64,000 nt of DNA from Macrostomum lignano (GCA_002269645.1 NIVC01000031.1:868001-932000), one strand, 5' to 3'. Shown: positions 1 through 13,714, counted from the first letter of the stretch. The notes: generated from the letters alone by a model not told the origin. Numbers and translations are program-made.

Positions 1-195
1 GAGAAGGATTCATTGGCCTAGCACTGCTTGGTGGTGTGGCAGCTTTCGGTGTTAGTGTTGCTTTTGGCATTGCCCGACTCGCTAGGGGTTGACATGTTTT
101 CTTGTCTGGTTTAATTTATTGCAATTGGGGATAAGTTTAGCTCGGGAAATTTCCCGCCAAGTCTTGCCGAGTGACAGATTTTTTCACACTACTTT

Positions 196-1000
196 GAGTG
201 AGACATCCGCTACAGAGTGGATGAGACACCAGTTACAGTAGGGTGAGACACCAGCTACAGTTGGGCTGAGACACCAGTTACTGATGGGGTGAGACACCAG
301 CTACAGATGGGGTGAGACACCAGTTACTGATGGGGTGAGACACCAGCTACTGATGGGCTGAGACACCAGTTACTGATGGGCTGAGACACCACTTACAGAT
401 GGGGTGAGACACCAGTTACAGGTGGGGTGAGACACCAGTTACAGATGGGGTGAGACACCAGTTACAGGTGGGGTGAGACACCAGTTACAGATGGGCTGAA
501 ACACGAGCTATAGATGGGGTGAGACACCAGTTACAGATGGGGTGAGACACCAGTTACAGATGGGCTGAGACACGAGCTATAGATGGAGTGAGACACCAGT
601 TACAGGTGGGGTGAGACACCAGTTACAGGTGGGGTGAGACACCAGTTACAGGTGGGGTGAGACACCAGTTACAGATGGGCTGAAACACGAGCTATAGATG
701 GGGTGAGACACCAGTTACTGATGGGCTGAGACACCACTTATAGATGGGGTGAGACACCAGCTACAGATGGGGTGAGACACGAGCTATAGATGGGGTGAGA
801 CACCAGCTATAGATAGGGTGAGACACCAGCTACAGCTGATGGAGTGAGACACCAGCTACGGCTGATGGAGTGAGACACCAGCTACAGATGGGGTGAGACA
901 CCAGCTACAGATGGGCTGAGACACCACTTACAGATGGGCTGAGACACGAGCTATAGATGGGGTGAGACACCACTTACAGATGGGGTGAGACACCAGCTAC
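196..1000. repeat. Minisatellite, ~23-bp unit (GAGACACCAGTTACAGATGGGGT)
   Basis: About 35 imperfect tandem copies read directly; spacing of 23 nt checked at 429/452. Confidence 0.95.
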
Positions 1001-1759
1001 ACAGTCTACAGAGATAGCCGACATTGATAATCAGGGAAATCTTCCTGGTAAAAATACTCGTGTTAACAGAGCAGTTTAATCCGCAGATATCTCAACTTTC
1101 TTTCAGCTCAGCAAAGTTTTTATGAAAGACGATTTTTTTCCTTAGTTAACTACGAATAACGGAAGGACTGTAATATTTCAAATTGTCTAAAGTAGTGCGA
1201 TTATGACAAAGTAAGTAACATTGCCCGAAAGTAATGTTCACCTTTATTAAGTATACTTTATTACTTGATAATAATGGTGATTACCTCCAATCTATAGCTA
1301 AATAAGAGACCATATTCGATTTTAATTCTTATTATCTCATTTCATTTGCTAATAAAAAATCTTGCATTGCTACTGATAAGTAATAAAAGTAGTCCGGTGT
1401 GCAAAAAAGCAAAGATAAGGATTAGTTTATTATTAGAGTCCAGATTTCTCTTATCTACAATTTTAGTAAAGCAGTGGTATGAAGCACTTTATTTAATACT
1501 TTAAGTAGTTAAATGCGCCTGCTAGATATGCGACTTTTAAAGAGTATTTATAAATTCTTCATTGCATTAATAAGCACATAAAAGTACATTAGCAAAATTG
1601 TGTTTGTTTTTCACCTGAGTTCTTGCGTTTTTTATTTTGAAAATATTGGTAATGTGTAGTTGGTAGTTTGCAGTGCTTAACTTGTAGCTTCTCTGTAGCT
1701 TGTAGATTTGTCTTTGTGTGGATCTTCTATCAGCTAAATACCGAAATCTCTATTAGATA

Positions 1760-2135
1760 ATCGTGTAGATCTACTAGATTATCATTTAGATCTACTGGAT
1801 TATCATTTAGATCTACTGGATTATCCTGTTAGATCTATTAGATTGTTCTTTAGATCTACTAGATTATCCGGTTGATCTACTAGGTTATCCCTTAGATCTA
1901 CTAGGTTATCCTTTAGATCTACTAGGTTATCCTTTAGATCTACTAGATTATCCGGTTGATCTACTAGGTTATCCCTTAGATCTACTAGGTTATCCTTTAG
2001 ATCTACTAGATTATCCGGTTGATCTACTAGGTTATCCTTTAGATCGACTAGGTTATTCTTTAGATTTACTAGGTTATCCTTTAGATCTACTAAGTTATTC
2101 TTTAGATCTACTAGAACATCCTGTAGATCTTTTAG
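1760..2135. repeat. Minisatellite, 21-bp unit (TAGATCTACTAGGTTATCCTT)
   Basis: Tandem copies at 21-nt spacing; they generate the spurious heptad ORF 1821..2141. Confidence 0.95.
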
Positions 2136-2273
2136 ATTCAAATCCTATAAAGTTAGTTTTACCTAATAAGCCCACAATGATTAACTAATAACAGTTGTAT
2201 ATTGCATTGTATACTTGAACTAACATCCCCCAACCATAAAATCCCACTGTAATCCACCCCAATAGCAGTGGTA

Positions 2274-4481
2274 ATGTTAAAATTACTCAATTTCTCTGAC
2301 TATCTTCGCGGCTGGATCGGAGCAATTGGTTTAATCTCCGTTATTAACGGAGCCCAGGCTGTCTGGAATCCAGACTTATTGGCAAGAAATGTGTACACTG
2401 GGAATCCGCAGTCCGTTACACGTCTGGCATCCAGACAGTTTGCCTTGTGGACAATGTTCTGCGGATTAGTGCGACTGGTGTTCTGTGCTAATCCCGACGA
2501 TTCCTGCATTCGCCTGTTAACTGTTACAACTTTTCTAATGACTTTGCTACATTTTCTCGGCGAGATATACGTTTGGGGCACCAGTGTGTGGACTTTTGGA
2601 GTCATATCGCCTTGCTGTATTGCAGGTATGTATTGGTACTTATTGGTGATTATTTGCGTTTGCGTCTTTAGAATCGTTTTAGAGTCTTTAAACTTTGGGT
2701 TCTACAATCGGGACTTTGGGTTCTTCAATCGGGACTTTGGGTTCTTCAATCGGGACTTTGAGCTCTTTAATCGGGACTTTGGATTCTTCAATTGGGACTT
2801 TGGATTCTTCAATCGGGACTTTGGGTTCTTCAATCGGGACTTTGGGTTCATCAATCGGGACTTTGGGCTCTTCAATCGCGACTTCTGATTCTTCAATTGG
2901 GACTTTGGGTTCTTAAATCGGAACTTTGGGTTCATCAATCGGGACTTTGGGTTTATCAATCGGGACTTTGAGCTGTTTAATCGGGACTTTGGATTCTTCA
3001 ATTGGGACTTTGGGTTCTTCAATCAAGACTTTGGGTTCATCAATCAAGACTTTGGGTTCATCAATCGGGACTTTGGATTCTTCAATCGGGACTTTGGGTT
3101 CTTCAATCGGGACTTTGGATTCTTCAATCGGGACTTTGGGTTCTTCAATCGGGACTTTGGGTTCTTCAATCAAGACTTTGGGTTCATCAATCGGGACTTT
3201 GGATTCTTCAATCGGGACTTTGGGTTCATCAATCGGGACTTTGGGTTCATCAATCGGGACTTTGGGTTCATCAATCGGGACTTTGGGCTATTCAATCGGG
3301 ACTTTGAATTCTTCAATCGGGACTTTGGGCTCTTCAATCGCGACTTCTGATTCTTCAATTGGGACTTTGGGTTCTTAAATCGGAACTTTGGGTTCATCAA
3401 TCGGGACTTTGGGTTTATCAATCGGGACTTTGAGCTGTTTAATCGGGACTTTGGATTCTTCAATTGGGACTTTGGGTTCTTCAATCAAGACTTTGGGTTC
3501 ATCAATCGGGACTTTGGATTCTTCAATCGGGACTTTGGGTTCATCAATCGGGACTTTGGATTCTTCAATTGGGACTTTGGGTTCTTCAATCAAGACTTTG
3601 GGTTCATCAATCGGGACTTTGGATTCTTCAATCGGGACTTTGGGTTCTTCAATCGGGACTTTGGGTTCATCAATCGGGACTTTGGGCTATTCAATCGGGA
3701 CTTTGAATTCTTCAATCGGGACTTTGGGCTCTTCAATCGCGACTTCTGATTCTTCAATTGGGACTTTGGGTTCTTAAATCGGAACTTTGGGTTCATCAAT
3801 CGGGACTTTGGGTTTATCAATCGGGACTTTGAGCTGTTTAATCGGGACTTTGGATTCTTCAATTGGGACTTTGGGTTCTTCAATCAAGACTTTGGGTTCA
3901 TCAATCGGGACTTTGGATTCTTCAATCGGGACTTTGGGTTCATCAATCGGGACTTTGGATTCTTCAATCGGGACTTTGGGTTCATCAATCGGGACTTTGG
4001 GTTCTTCAATCGGGCCTTGGCTTTTTCTTGTGCAAAACATGTGCGTGAAACCTTCCTTCCAATTCGCAGGCATCTCTCTCTTGCTATTCGCCTTTGAATC
4101 CCTGACTAAGGGCTCTCGCGGATCAGCAGACGACAGCCTCAACGATGGCGAAGGCGGCAGTCGAAAGATGCGCCTGGAGAGAATGATGATGCAGTCTGGG
4201 GCTGCTCCAAATCGGGGTGAGTCGCCCCTAAACCGGTTAAGAATCGCCCCTAAACCAGCCTAAGAATCGCCCCTAAACAAGTTAAGAATCGCCCCTAAAC
4301 CAGCTTAAGAATCGCCCCTAAACCAGCTTAAGAATCGCCCCTAAACAAGTTAAGAATCGCCCCTAAACCAGCTTAAGAATCGCCCCTAAACCAGCTTAAG
4401 AATCGCCCCTAAACCAGCTTAAGAATCGCCCCTAAACCAGCCCCTGAATTTTACTTTTCAGACAGTCGCAAGAATCTGTGA
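2274..4481 (+). CDS. ERG28: Ergosterol biosynthesis protein 28 homolog (3 exons: 2274-2625, 4070-4216, 4462-4481)
   Basis: The translation LRGWIGAIGLISVING...VYTGNPQSVTRLASRQFALWT...HFLGEIYVWGT...GVISP matches the ERG28/C14orf1 pattern (LRSW..S....GNT...LY.G.P..V..L.AR.FG.WT...HF..E..V.GT). Both GT-AG introns are phase 1 and keep the frame, ending ...NRDSRKNL*. Confidence 0.88.
2693..4015. repeat. Intronic minisatellite, 21-bp unit (AATCGGGACTTTGGGTTCTTC) with higher-order blocks
   Basis: Fills ERG28 intron 1. A diagnostic variant block recurs at intervals of 462 and 399 bp (22 and 19 units). Confidence 0.97.
4223..4445. repeat. Intronic minisatellite, 22-23-bp unit (AAGAATCGCCCCTAAACCAGCTT)
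   Basis: About 10 tandem copies filling ERG28 intron 2. Confidence 0.95.
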
Positions 4482-4924
4482 TGACCAACTGTGCTACTGA
4501 TAGTAGCACGGTGACGCGCAGCCTACAACTATCGTTTTATTACATTTAACAGCTGCAACAGTATCGTGAAAATCTAAACTCAAAATAGTTTTTTGTCATT
4601 GTTATTTAACACTTTTATCATTCAATATCTACAGCTTTTTTATTGAAGAAAATTATTGTATTTACTTTTATGTGTAATATTTATTAAATTTTGAACAAAC
4701 AATTGAGTCGATTACGATTGCCCTAAATTTGACGTTCGTTTGTTTTGATAGATTTTGTGTGTTTTATCTCTAATACTATGCTAGATCAATTGTCTCATCC
4801 AGTACATGTAAGATTTATTTCAAATGCCTAGTCTAAATAACTGTCGTTTTCTCAGTTTAATATATCTAATGTAATTTTTTTGATTCAACTTAAGAACATT
4901 ATTGAATTTTGGTATCGAAATCGG

Positions 4925-5530
4925 TAGATTTTGAATCAGAATCGGTCAGAATTGGTAGCTTTGGGAGTCAGAATCGGTAGATTTGAGAGTCAGAATTGGT
5001 AGCTTTGGGAGTCAGAATCGGTAGATTTGAGAGTCAGAATTGGTAGATTTGAGAGTCAGAATCGGTAGATTTGAGAGTCAGAATCTGTAGATTTGAGAGT
5101 CAGAATCGGTAAATTTGAGAGTCAGAATCGGTAAATTTGAGAGTCAGAATCGGTAAATTTGAGAGTCAGAATCGTAGATTTGAGAGTCGGAATCGGTAAA
5201 TTTGAGAGACTGGATTTTGTAGATTTGAGAGTCAGAATCGGTAGATTTGAGAGTCAGAATCGGTAGATTTGAGAGTCAGAATCGGTAAATTTGAGAGTCA
5301 GAATCGGTAGATTTGAGAGACCAGATTTGGTAGATTTGGAAGTCAGAATCGGTAAATTTGAGAGTCAGAATCGGTAGATTTGAGAGACCAGATTTGGTAG
5401 ATTTGGGAGTCAGAATCGGTAAATTTGAGAGTCAGAATCGGTAGATTTGAGAGACCAGATTTGGTAGATTTGGAAGTCAGAATCGGTAAATTTGAGAGTC
5501 AGAATCGGTAGATTTGAGAGACCAGATTTG
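4925..5530. repeat. Minisatellite, 22-bp unit (GAGAGTCAGAATCGGTAGATTT)
   Basis: Tandem copies; 22-nt spacing checked at 5101/5123. Confidence 0.95.
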
Positions 5531-6599
5531 ATAGTTTTGCGATCAGAATATCTATATATTGAGAACTTGATTGGGTAGATTTGAAAGCAAAATCGGCAGC
5601 TTCGCCGATTTTACTAAGCATACTTAGTAAAATAGTTGTGAGATCATAGTGGAAGCGTCGGTATGTACAAATTTGTACATTATAGCTTTTTTTCTAATTA
5701 ATCTTGCCTGCTTTGATGTTCTTTGCAAAAAAAATGATGTCAAAAGAAAATTTGTGATATTATTTGTGTTTTAAGCGTTGGTTTGCTTAACCATAGTGAA
5801 AGCATGTGCCCTTTTCTGGCCTTTCAAATTGCAGTTTGCAGATTTTAGAGTCCATTTTTTCTCTGATTCATTTATTGAAACTATCTGCTTTTATAAAAGG
5901 ATCTGCAAACTTAAATATCTCACTCGGAGAGAAATTCTTAGAAATTCTGATCTAAAAATGAATGAATCTCTGTCTTAAATACATTAAAAGAAATTATTGC
6001 ATTAAGCTTTTCAGTAAAGCATATAATGATTTATGAAGTGTTTATAATCGTTTACTTTTGGAAAATGCTGTTTTTTTACAGAGCCCATGGGGTGTGGGAT
6101 CGAGTTAATGCAGTGTGCGATAAGCTTAGAATCCCAGCCATAGACAACTGCTAGAAATACTGTACCTCTTCCACTTCAAGTGTGTCAAAAGTAACTTGAA
6201 ATCTGTCATTGGCTATCTATTTTTATACTTTCAGTTGGACTTTTAAATTAGACAAAGTGAACTTCGATTTAGACCATCAGATATTCGTTTTATACAGCGG
6301 ATATTCAATTTCAACAGTTCCTCATTGAGAGCGCTAAATTCTATGGTCTAAATTCTAGTTCTGAGATAATTCAGTTTAGACACACTCATCTAAGCCCTTC
6401 AGACCTTTGTGCTTCTTGTCACCTCTGGAAATGATACGGTACAGGTAGTAACACAATTGAACACGATTTCAGATAAGGTTTACAGTGCAAGAGTAGTAAT
6501 GCTCATAAAATTTTGACTAAATTATTAGACAAAAAATCGAAATATTTGAAAATCAAGATTTGATTCGGATGCAAAAGTCTTTCCCTAAGGCTGGCCTAG

Positions 6600-7640
6600 C
6601 CTGCTGTGCTAACTCGTAAGCTTTTATCTAAACCGCGCAATTGCCGCAACAATCCCTCAAGACGTCCAAACGCCGAGAAACGTTTCGCTGGTGAGACTAT
6701 ATTGCGGTCGGGCGTGGAAGTCAAGTTATTGGCCAGAGTGGAATCGCACACTTTCAATGCGCGGAACGTTGCGTATTGTCGATCGGTAAGATAGAAAAGA
6801 AGGCAACGAGGGTCAGACGGCAAAAATGCAGTTTTACCCATAACAACAACAGCAGAATACGCAGTTAGCGTCACAGGGTGCGCTTCAAGGCCAGGTCGCA
6901 AACGAACGCCACGCCGCCGGCCGAATCCGGGGCGCCGGCGTCAGCCAGCAGGCAGTCGACGAAACGCCGAGTGCGTGCCTGCACCGACTCTGGGCAGTAC
7001 GACTCGGCGTGGATGATGTGGCCTGCCAGCTGGAGTCGCCGACGGCGCAGCAGGTCGCTTGGACGAACCAGGCCGGCGCGGCGATACAAAGCCGCGTTGG
7101 TCACTCGGCCACTCACTCGTGACCGATCTTGAAGGCGGCGCGCAGCAGGCCAGCGTGCGCCGCGTCAACTTGTTGCTCGAGCGACTCCGTCAGGGTCTAG
7201 GTAGCGTTGTACAGCAGGACGGTCTCGATCACCGCCTGGAACAACGCCGCCTTCTGGCGGTCAGGTAAAGCCTCGGACTGCAGGACTGCCCTCACGCGAA
7301 AGGCAGCCCAGGCAAGCCCGTGGCGACGCCGCAACTCTTCGCTGACGCCGGCAACCAGACCGCTGAGGTAGACGAACTGCTGACAACGTGGAAGAGCTCT
7401 GTCGCCTGTCCATCAGCGCCTCGGCACAAAATCACAGCCTCGATGTCGTCCGGCTCGCAGAGCACGATGGTATTCTGTGTGTTGACCACCAGGCCGACAC
7501 TCGCCGCAACAGCAAATAGCTTGTCCAGTTGTCGCTGGGCGCCCTCGACAGTTGAGGACAGCAGGGCGGCACGCTGAGCCGCCTCTCCGGTTGACGTCGA
7601 CCCACGCGTCGCCGCAATTTACTTATGGTCATTCAAAACT
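6600..7640 (-). mobile_element. Degenerate non-LTR retrotransposon (RTE-like), RT C-terminal fragment plus 3' region
   Basis: Frameshifted minus-strand pieces read VVNTQNT.VLCEPDDIEAVILCRGADGQATEL, ETVLLYNA..WTL and RVTNAALYRRAGLVRPSDLLRRRRLQLAGHII, typical of the RT thumb/C-terminus of RTE-clade LINEs. Stop at 6871-6873. Confidence 0.75.
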
Positions 7641-8199
7641 ATATCCTTAAGCCGGTTGGTGGGTGGCTGGCATGCCGATCACTAATCTCGTTTGTACTGG
7701 ACCCGCAGCGCACTCTCGGGGCCTGGCCTAGATCTCGCTTTGTCACGAGGCTGCCTCTGATTCGTCCGCTGATTTAAGCCAAGATTAACTTGGTGGGTGT
7801 AGGCCGCGTTGACCCCTCCGCTGGGCCAAGCTGGTTTCTGAAATGGCATCTAATTGTTTTAAACTTATTTCTAAATTAAAATTAACTCTAGTCTGACTCT
7901 ACGCACTATATGAGGGGTGTCTAAGAAATTTTTGGACGCACTAAGGTACAGAATAAACAATACCAAATAACAAAAGTTATATAACAATTTCGCTTAACAT
8001 GCTCACACTACACTCAAGTTTGGGCTCCTCATCGACCTGAACTCAGTGCATACAGGGTCTAGACGGCTTTTTCGTGCAGACCTCAGTACTTTAAGCGCGT
8101 TGGTTCCCCAAAGCAATTCGCCACCACGCAGCTGGAGCCGACCACACCACTCGCAAAATTCCTCAGAGCACGTTCGGGTCGTTTCAATACCTTCGAAAG

Positions 8200-9560
8200 C
8201 CATTGACCTCCGGAATGTCGCTAGTACGAGCTACGTTTCAACGGTACGTAGAAACTTCCACAATCTCCCGTTCGCAACGTTGTACATCAATGACGTCCTG
8301 GTACACAGGTAATCACAAAAAGAGCACCAGGTGCACATCGAAGCGGTGATGCGACGTCTCAGTGGCCAGGGCGTGGGTGTAAATTCTGAAAAGTGCCGCT
8401 TTTTCCGCGACTCTGTGGAATTTCTGTGCTACCTCGTCGCTGCCGACGGCATTAGGCCGCTACCGGACCGCGTCAAAGCTCTACGACAAACTCAAGGCTC
8501 CCACTGACTATCAATCATTGCAGCGTTTCCTCGCGATTTTTGGTTTTTACCAGCAGTGCATCCCAAGTGACAGCTTCTCACTGCGCCGTTAATTTGGACG
8601 AGTCTACACGAAAGCGCTTGAGAGGCACTTCAAGACAGCCTTGCGAATGGAGTCACGCTTGCGTTCCCACGCCCTAACGCCACGTTCACGATCAAAACCG
8701 ATGCAGGTGCAATCGGAGCAGCGTTGCATCAAGTGGGGGCTAGTCAGTCTTCACCATTGGCTTTCTACTCGCGCAAGCTATCCGCCATAGAAGCGGCTTA
8801 TGGCAAATTTGATCGCCAGTTATCTGTCATCACCAAGTTTGTGAGCGACATCATCCACATTCCGGGAAAGACAAGGTCGTAGCCGACGCGCTATGAAGAC
8901 CGGTTCGCCCCACCCAAGATCATTGGCATCAAGGACTGCCCGCTGCAGTTTGAAATCTATATCTGACAAAACCACGCCCAGTCGTCCCTAATTAGCTCTT
9001 CGGTGCGCGGTGTTCGACTCTGCATCTGTTTGCACACCCTGGCAGCAAAGCCACTCGGCGACTCAGTATCTATCGTTTCTTTTGGCCGTGCATAGCTACC
9101 AACATCCAGAAATGGGTGTCCGAGTGTCAGCGGTGTCAGCAGTCCAAGACAGGTCGTCACGTCCAATTCCCGCTGCAACAGCTTCCGACGCCCTCTGAAC
9201 GCTTCACGACAGTCCATATATCGACCTCGTTGTACTGCTCCCGCCTCCAGATTCAGCCGACGTCAGTCCAAGACCCCGCTAGTTGCTCACGATGGTCGAC
9301 GTCTATTCGCGCTGGATTGAAGCCACGCAGAAGACGCGTCTTCATAGACCCCTGTATTTCACGGTTACGCCCGCCACTGACGCTGGCATACATCACATCA
9401 GCACATCGGCCTACAACCCTCGCGACAACGGTATAGTCGAACTCTAGCTCATCGGACGCTTAGGCTGGCCTGAAAGCGCGAGGAAAGAACTGGCTACAGC
9501 AACTGCCCATTTTTCTTTTCGGAATTCGCTTTTGAACTGACGACTAAAGCACACCCCATT
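8200..9560 (+). mobile_element. Decayed Ty3/Gypsy pol fragment (RT-RNase H-integrase remnants)
   Basis: FHNLPFATLYINDVLV (Y.DD region), EKCRFF..SVEFL.YLV.ADGIRPLPDRVKAL, IKTDA..AIGAALHQ...PLAFYSRKLS and CQRCQQSKTGRH...PSERFTTVHI, with many stops and frameshifts. Confidence 0.85.
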
Positions 9561-10654
9561 TCTCCTACTTGACAGGAGAGCAACCATTGGTACCACTAGT
9601 TTTCACTGATGACTGATCACTCAAGGAACTCTCGACAGGCATGCATCAGCTGTATACAATAGACATCAAAGGAAACCGTACAGTCGAATGGAAATACGTC
9701 GCAAATGCGTTGTTTGTTCGACAGTTTACAATCTTAAAGAACAAACCGCACTTATCACTGCATTTCTTGCAAAATAAAAACGCTTTCTACCAGGGTGTAA
9801 CCGAAAAAAACACGGATGGTTCCTGTTGGACTAAAAGTCCTCAAACTTCAAGCCTATAAAAACAGCTAATAATTCATTACAGAAAAATAATAACTTCACC
9901 ATACGGAAGTGTTAGATTTCAATTACCTGTCTTTTATCTTGATAATATTTAGCCGACTTGAACCGGAAAATCCATTTCGATTGTATCCCAAATGTATTCC
10001 AAGAAATTATCAATAAACATCTTCGCGTTTACACTTAAATCATTGACGCCTCCTCCGACTCGCCTAGGTAACTAAAATTGGCAGATTGACAATACAAATT
10101 TAGCGGCTGGCTAAAGAAAAGATTAAGATATTAAAGACATTCTACATTCTTGAAGTTAACCATTGTATCAGGAAACGTTTAATAGAAACTTATTTGAAGA
10201 CCAAATTTCGCTTGAAAATACATTAACGAGACAGGAACTTATCAGGTCGTAGCTTTTAGCATGAATTGTTTTTAGCATTAATGCGTCTTGAGGGGAGAAA
10301 AAACCTGACTAGATCATGTTGGATTGGAGTCTCATGTTAGATAGAAGAGTCTTGTTTTAGATAGAATAGTCTTTTGTTAGACCCTGTCAGTACAAATCAC
10401 ATAACAATGTTCTATGGACCTAAATACTCAAAACAAGACAAATAAGCACAATGAATGCAGACCCAAATTTGCATCCTTTTCTCTGCAGTCGAACAGCCAG
10501 CTTAGCCTATTTTTATGCCTCTCTTTCAGGGTTTCCTGAATTTAAGTCTAAAAATTTTGAAGAGCTGCATCGGATGAACTTCATACCATCTTTCTGGGAT
10601 CTTCATTGCAGAAGGTAGTATTTAGTTAAGAGGCTGTGTGCACCTTAAGAGACA

Positions 10655-10980
10655 TTGTCGCACAACCGGCAAGAGGCATTACTGCCAATTCCGCCGACTC
10701 CCCTGAGCAGGCTCACAAGCACGCGGATACGTACGCAGTCATACACGCAGGCACACACTCACACAGCGGCCTTAACTTTATTTATCGTTAGGCATGTACA
10801 CTTCACTGTGCCTTGGGGGTTGGCCGTCAATGGCGTTAATTGCACGAGCAGACCAAGCCGAGTTTCCAATTCAGCCCCAAATTAATGTGACTGCACTTGG
10901 ATTCGAGCTTGGGCCGCTGGCACATCAGAGCGCCGCGCCAGACCGCTGGCCTGCGTCCTCGGCCGATTTTAGGTAAGCAA
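10655..10980 (+). repeat. Copy of a dispersed non-coding repeat family (core GACTTTCTAATCGTC[ACT]GGCATGTACACT)
   Basis: Related cores with similar CA-rich upstream flanks occur at ~10780, 15090, 31230, 33145, 42020, 43800 and, reversed, 45725. Confidence 0.65.
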
Positions 10981-11167
10981 AAATAGTCCTTTACCAAGAG
11001 TGGTTTAAAAATTGTTTTCTAGCTAGCTAGATGTATTTTAAGCGAGATTTGGCCTAAAATATGTTGCAGTGATCCTTTTAGCGATTCTGTACTTCTGTGA
11101 GCAATTTGTCTAAAAGTTAGGTCGTATCTCTCCTTCTAAGTGTGCATGGTCGTCATTAAATATTTCA

Positions 11168-13441
11168 TTACAAGAGTATGCAGTCATTTTGAAAACGTTT
11201 GTCACTTACGAAAAAATGGAATAATGAGACGATAATTTTTCTTCGATTTTCAAAACATCCGTTGCCTTCAGAACTACCAATAAACTTAGCGAGAAAGTTT
11301 ACGAGCGCCCTTATTTCTGTCTGCAGCGACCGCACTGCGCAGATCCGATCATGGCAGACCTCGATGCCAAGCGAGTCGCAGCGTTGCAGCAACTTCATCA
11401 CCGCTGTTTTGCCTTCTTTCACGGACAGCGTCGAGTCTCCTTCCGGACACAGAACGCCGCCGAACTCTTCATCGCAAATCTGGTCACGTGACTCTCCTAT
11501 CGGCATTCCGACTTTGTAGTAAGCCATCATGGTCAGACACTTCTTCACTACCTCATGACAGCCCTCGAGCTCGCTGATTTTGTGCAGCACCCGTGCGAAG
11601 TCTTCAGGTGCCACAGGCTGACACTGACTCGGTGTAGCCTCTCTGTGCATCAGGGTTTGGATCTCCCACACGATATTGAAGATCTCTTTGAAATGGAAGT
11701 TCAGCTGGCCCTTGCTAAGCTGCATCACGTCAGCAAAGTATATCAGAGGCAGAAGAGCATTGTGCAGATGAACAACTCTGACGCTGTTTTTGGTCAGACC
11801 GGCTTCAAAGACCTGAGCGATCTTCTGAATGTCATCGATCGCGGTTTTGGTCTCAGTAACGATTGACCTTTTGTCTGCGTGGTCCTTCTTCAGGTACACG
11901 ACGGCATCGCGCAAGAAGAAGTGTCTCATGCACACGGCTTCGAGTCTTCGGTCTGCGGCAGCAGCTTGAGTTGGATCGCTCACCTCTTCGTTATCAAAGC
12001 TCTCCATCATAGCTACCAGCATCTCTAGCGACTGCTTCAACAGTGACAACAAGTTTTCTGGTCTCCAGTCTTCGACAGGCGTCTCGTCAAGCATGTAGAA
12101 CAGCAGGTTCTTGGCCATGTACGTCTTCAGACCGCTCACTTTAGAGCTGATGTGTCTCTTGATGAAGAACTTGAGCAGCACAAACAACTGTCCTTGGACT
12201 GTGGAGAGGTTGTGCATGACGATTCTCTCCAACAGAGTAGTGCTCACCCTCATCCGACTGCCCTCGAGTCCGGGAGGCGACGCAGATACGGCATGACACC
12301 GCGGTACTTGGAGAACCTCTGTTCGGATGGCTTCCAAAGTCTGTGTCGAAATGTGGGACCTGTAGCCGGGCGACAGCAGCTCGACGCGCGGATAGCTGCA
12401 GCAGTGCCGTGCAGAGATGGCTTCAATTTCCGGCAGTCGAAAAGTTGCCCCGTTAAATGAAAGGCAGGGCGATGGTTCTGAAAATTTCACACAATTAGTG
12501 TGGTTTTGTTTGTAGGACATAGCTCGTATAGCATACTAGACCACTGGCCTAAGCGCTCGGCTGTGGTTTGTGAAGCGCTCTGTTTTTGTTGTCATTCTCA
12601 TTGAGTCGGATGCTTCGTAAGTTCGTAGGACATTTAATGTGTGTCGCATTATTGGTGACTTAGTCATTTCTTAGTTCACCTTCACTTGTCTCTGTTTACT
12701 ATGTTTTCTCTGCCTCTCTGTCTAGTTCAATCTTGTTATTCTTCTCTCTCTGCCTTGCTAAGTTGCTTCATTCTGATTGGCTCCTCAATCTCGCCTCTTT
12801 CCTTAGTCACGCACTCCACCCCTGCTTTTATTATCTGGACGCCCCACTTACTACTTCTGTCTGTTTAATATCTTTAATATCTGTCTGTCTAATTCAGAAA
12901 CGTATATCTTGTTATTTTCTTTACAGTTGGTAAATAAAAGCCAGTCTTTTAAGCCCATTTGTCCCATTTTCAGGAATTCCCTGACTCTTACATACTAAAC
13001 TGCCGAACCTATTTATCAAGCCGATCAAGCTAAGGGTTTCAAAACTCGGATCGTTGAAAGTTCCGGCTAACCTTTTGATGCATAACACACGTGCCCGTCC
13101 TCGTAGTCAGCCACCTTGCAGCCTTTCAAACAATTGCTCGTCTCCGAGGCACTGCAGTCAGCTGGAATGTGAACCGAGTTCGACTTCAGCACGAATGTGA
13201 TGTCAATATCCGAGTCTGAGTCGATGCTGCCGTCAATTTTGCTCAAGCAGCTGCCCCAGCCGTCGCAGAAGCTGCCGAACACGAAGAAGGTATCTTGGGA
13301 CTTGAGCAGCAACCTCAGCAAGTCTTCAAGAGCCAAGGCTACTCCGCTCTGAGCTGCTGCATTTGAGGACTTGAAGCCCGCAGTCCTCATGGCAGCTGAC
13401 AGGGCTCGGCTCTGGTCAGTGAATCGCTCTTCATCGGTCAT
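11168..13441 (-). CDS. cGAS-like receptor / Mab-21 family nucleotidyltransferase, copy A (exons 13441-13072, 12477-11168; ~559 aa, 3' end possibly spliced at 11210)
   Basis: Exon 1 has FGS-X20-DIDI. A phase-1 splice (AAAG|GTTAG ... TTTCAG|AA) puts I-E-A 59 residues later. The Mab-21 C-lobe reads CHAV...RMRVSTTLLE...VLLKFFIK...GLKTYMAKNLLFY...W...LLSLL...CMRHFF. Confidence 0.82.
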
Positions 13442-13714
13442 TTCAAGACCGAACACAGAAAACGCAGCCTTTCGGTGCTAGCACCTAGATTTGCTATTTT
13501 TCTGTGAGATTTTCTCGGTAGCTTTTTAAACATATCTAGGTACCTTAGAGGCGGTACTATATAACAATACGCTCGTACACTATGCAAACCGAACACTATA
13601 TGCTTTATAAAGAGGCCATTTTGCCTGTAGTTATTCAAGTTGATGCTTCTTTAATTCTTTTGTTTCAAAATTTTGATCCAAATATACTGATGGCTGTTCG
13701 AATTTCGAATGAAG

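Noticed and set aside
1821-4263. Long repetitive ORFs (LKDNLVD, SIGTLGS, EEPKVPI, KNPKSRL)
   Set aside because: They are translations of 21-bp minisatellites that are open in several frames; one array lies inside an ERG28 intron.
196-5530. Regularly spaced 21-23-bp repeats that superficially resemble CRISPR arrays
   Set aside because: Units are head-to-tail with no unique spacers, there are no cas genes, and the context is eukaryotic.
7907-9800. Mariner-like end motifs (TATGAGGGGTGT at ~7908, TACCAGGGTGT at ~9788)
   Set aside because: No matching inverted partner or transposase was found.
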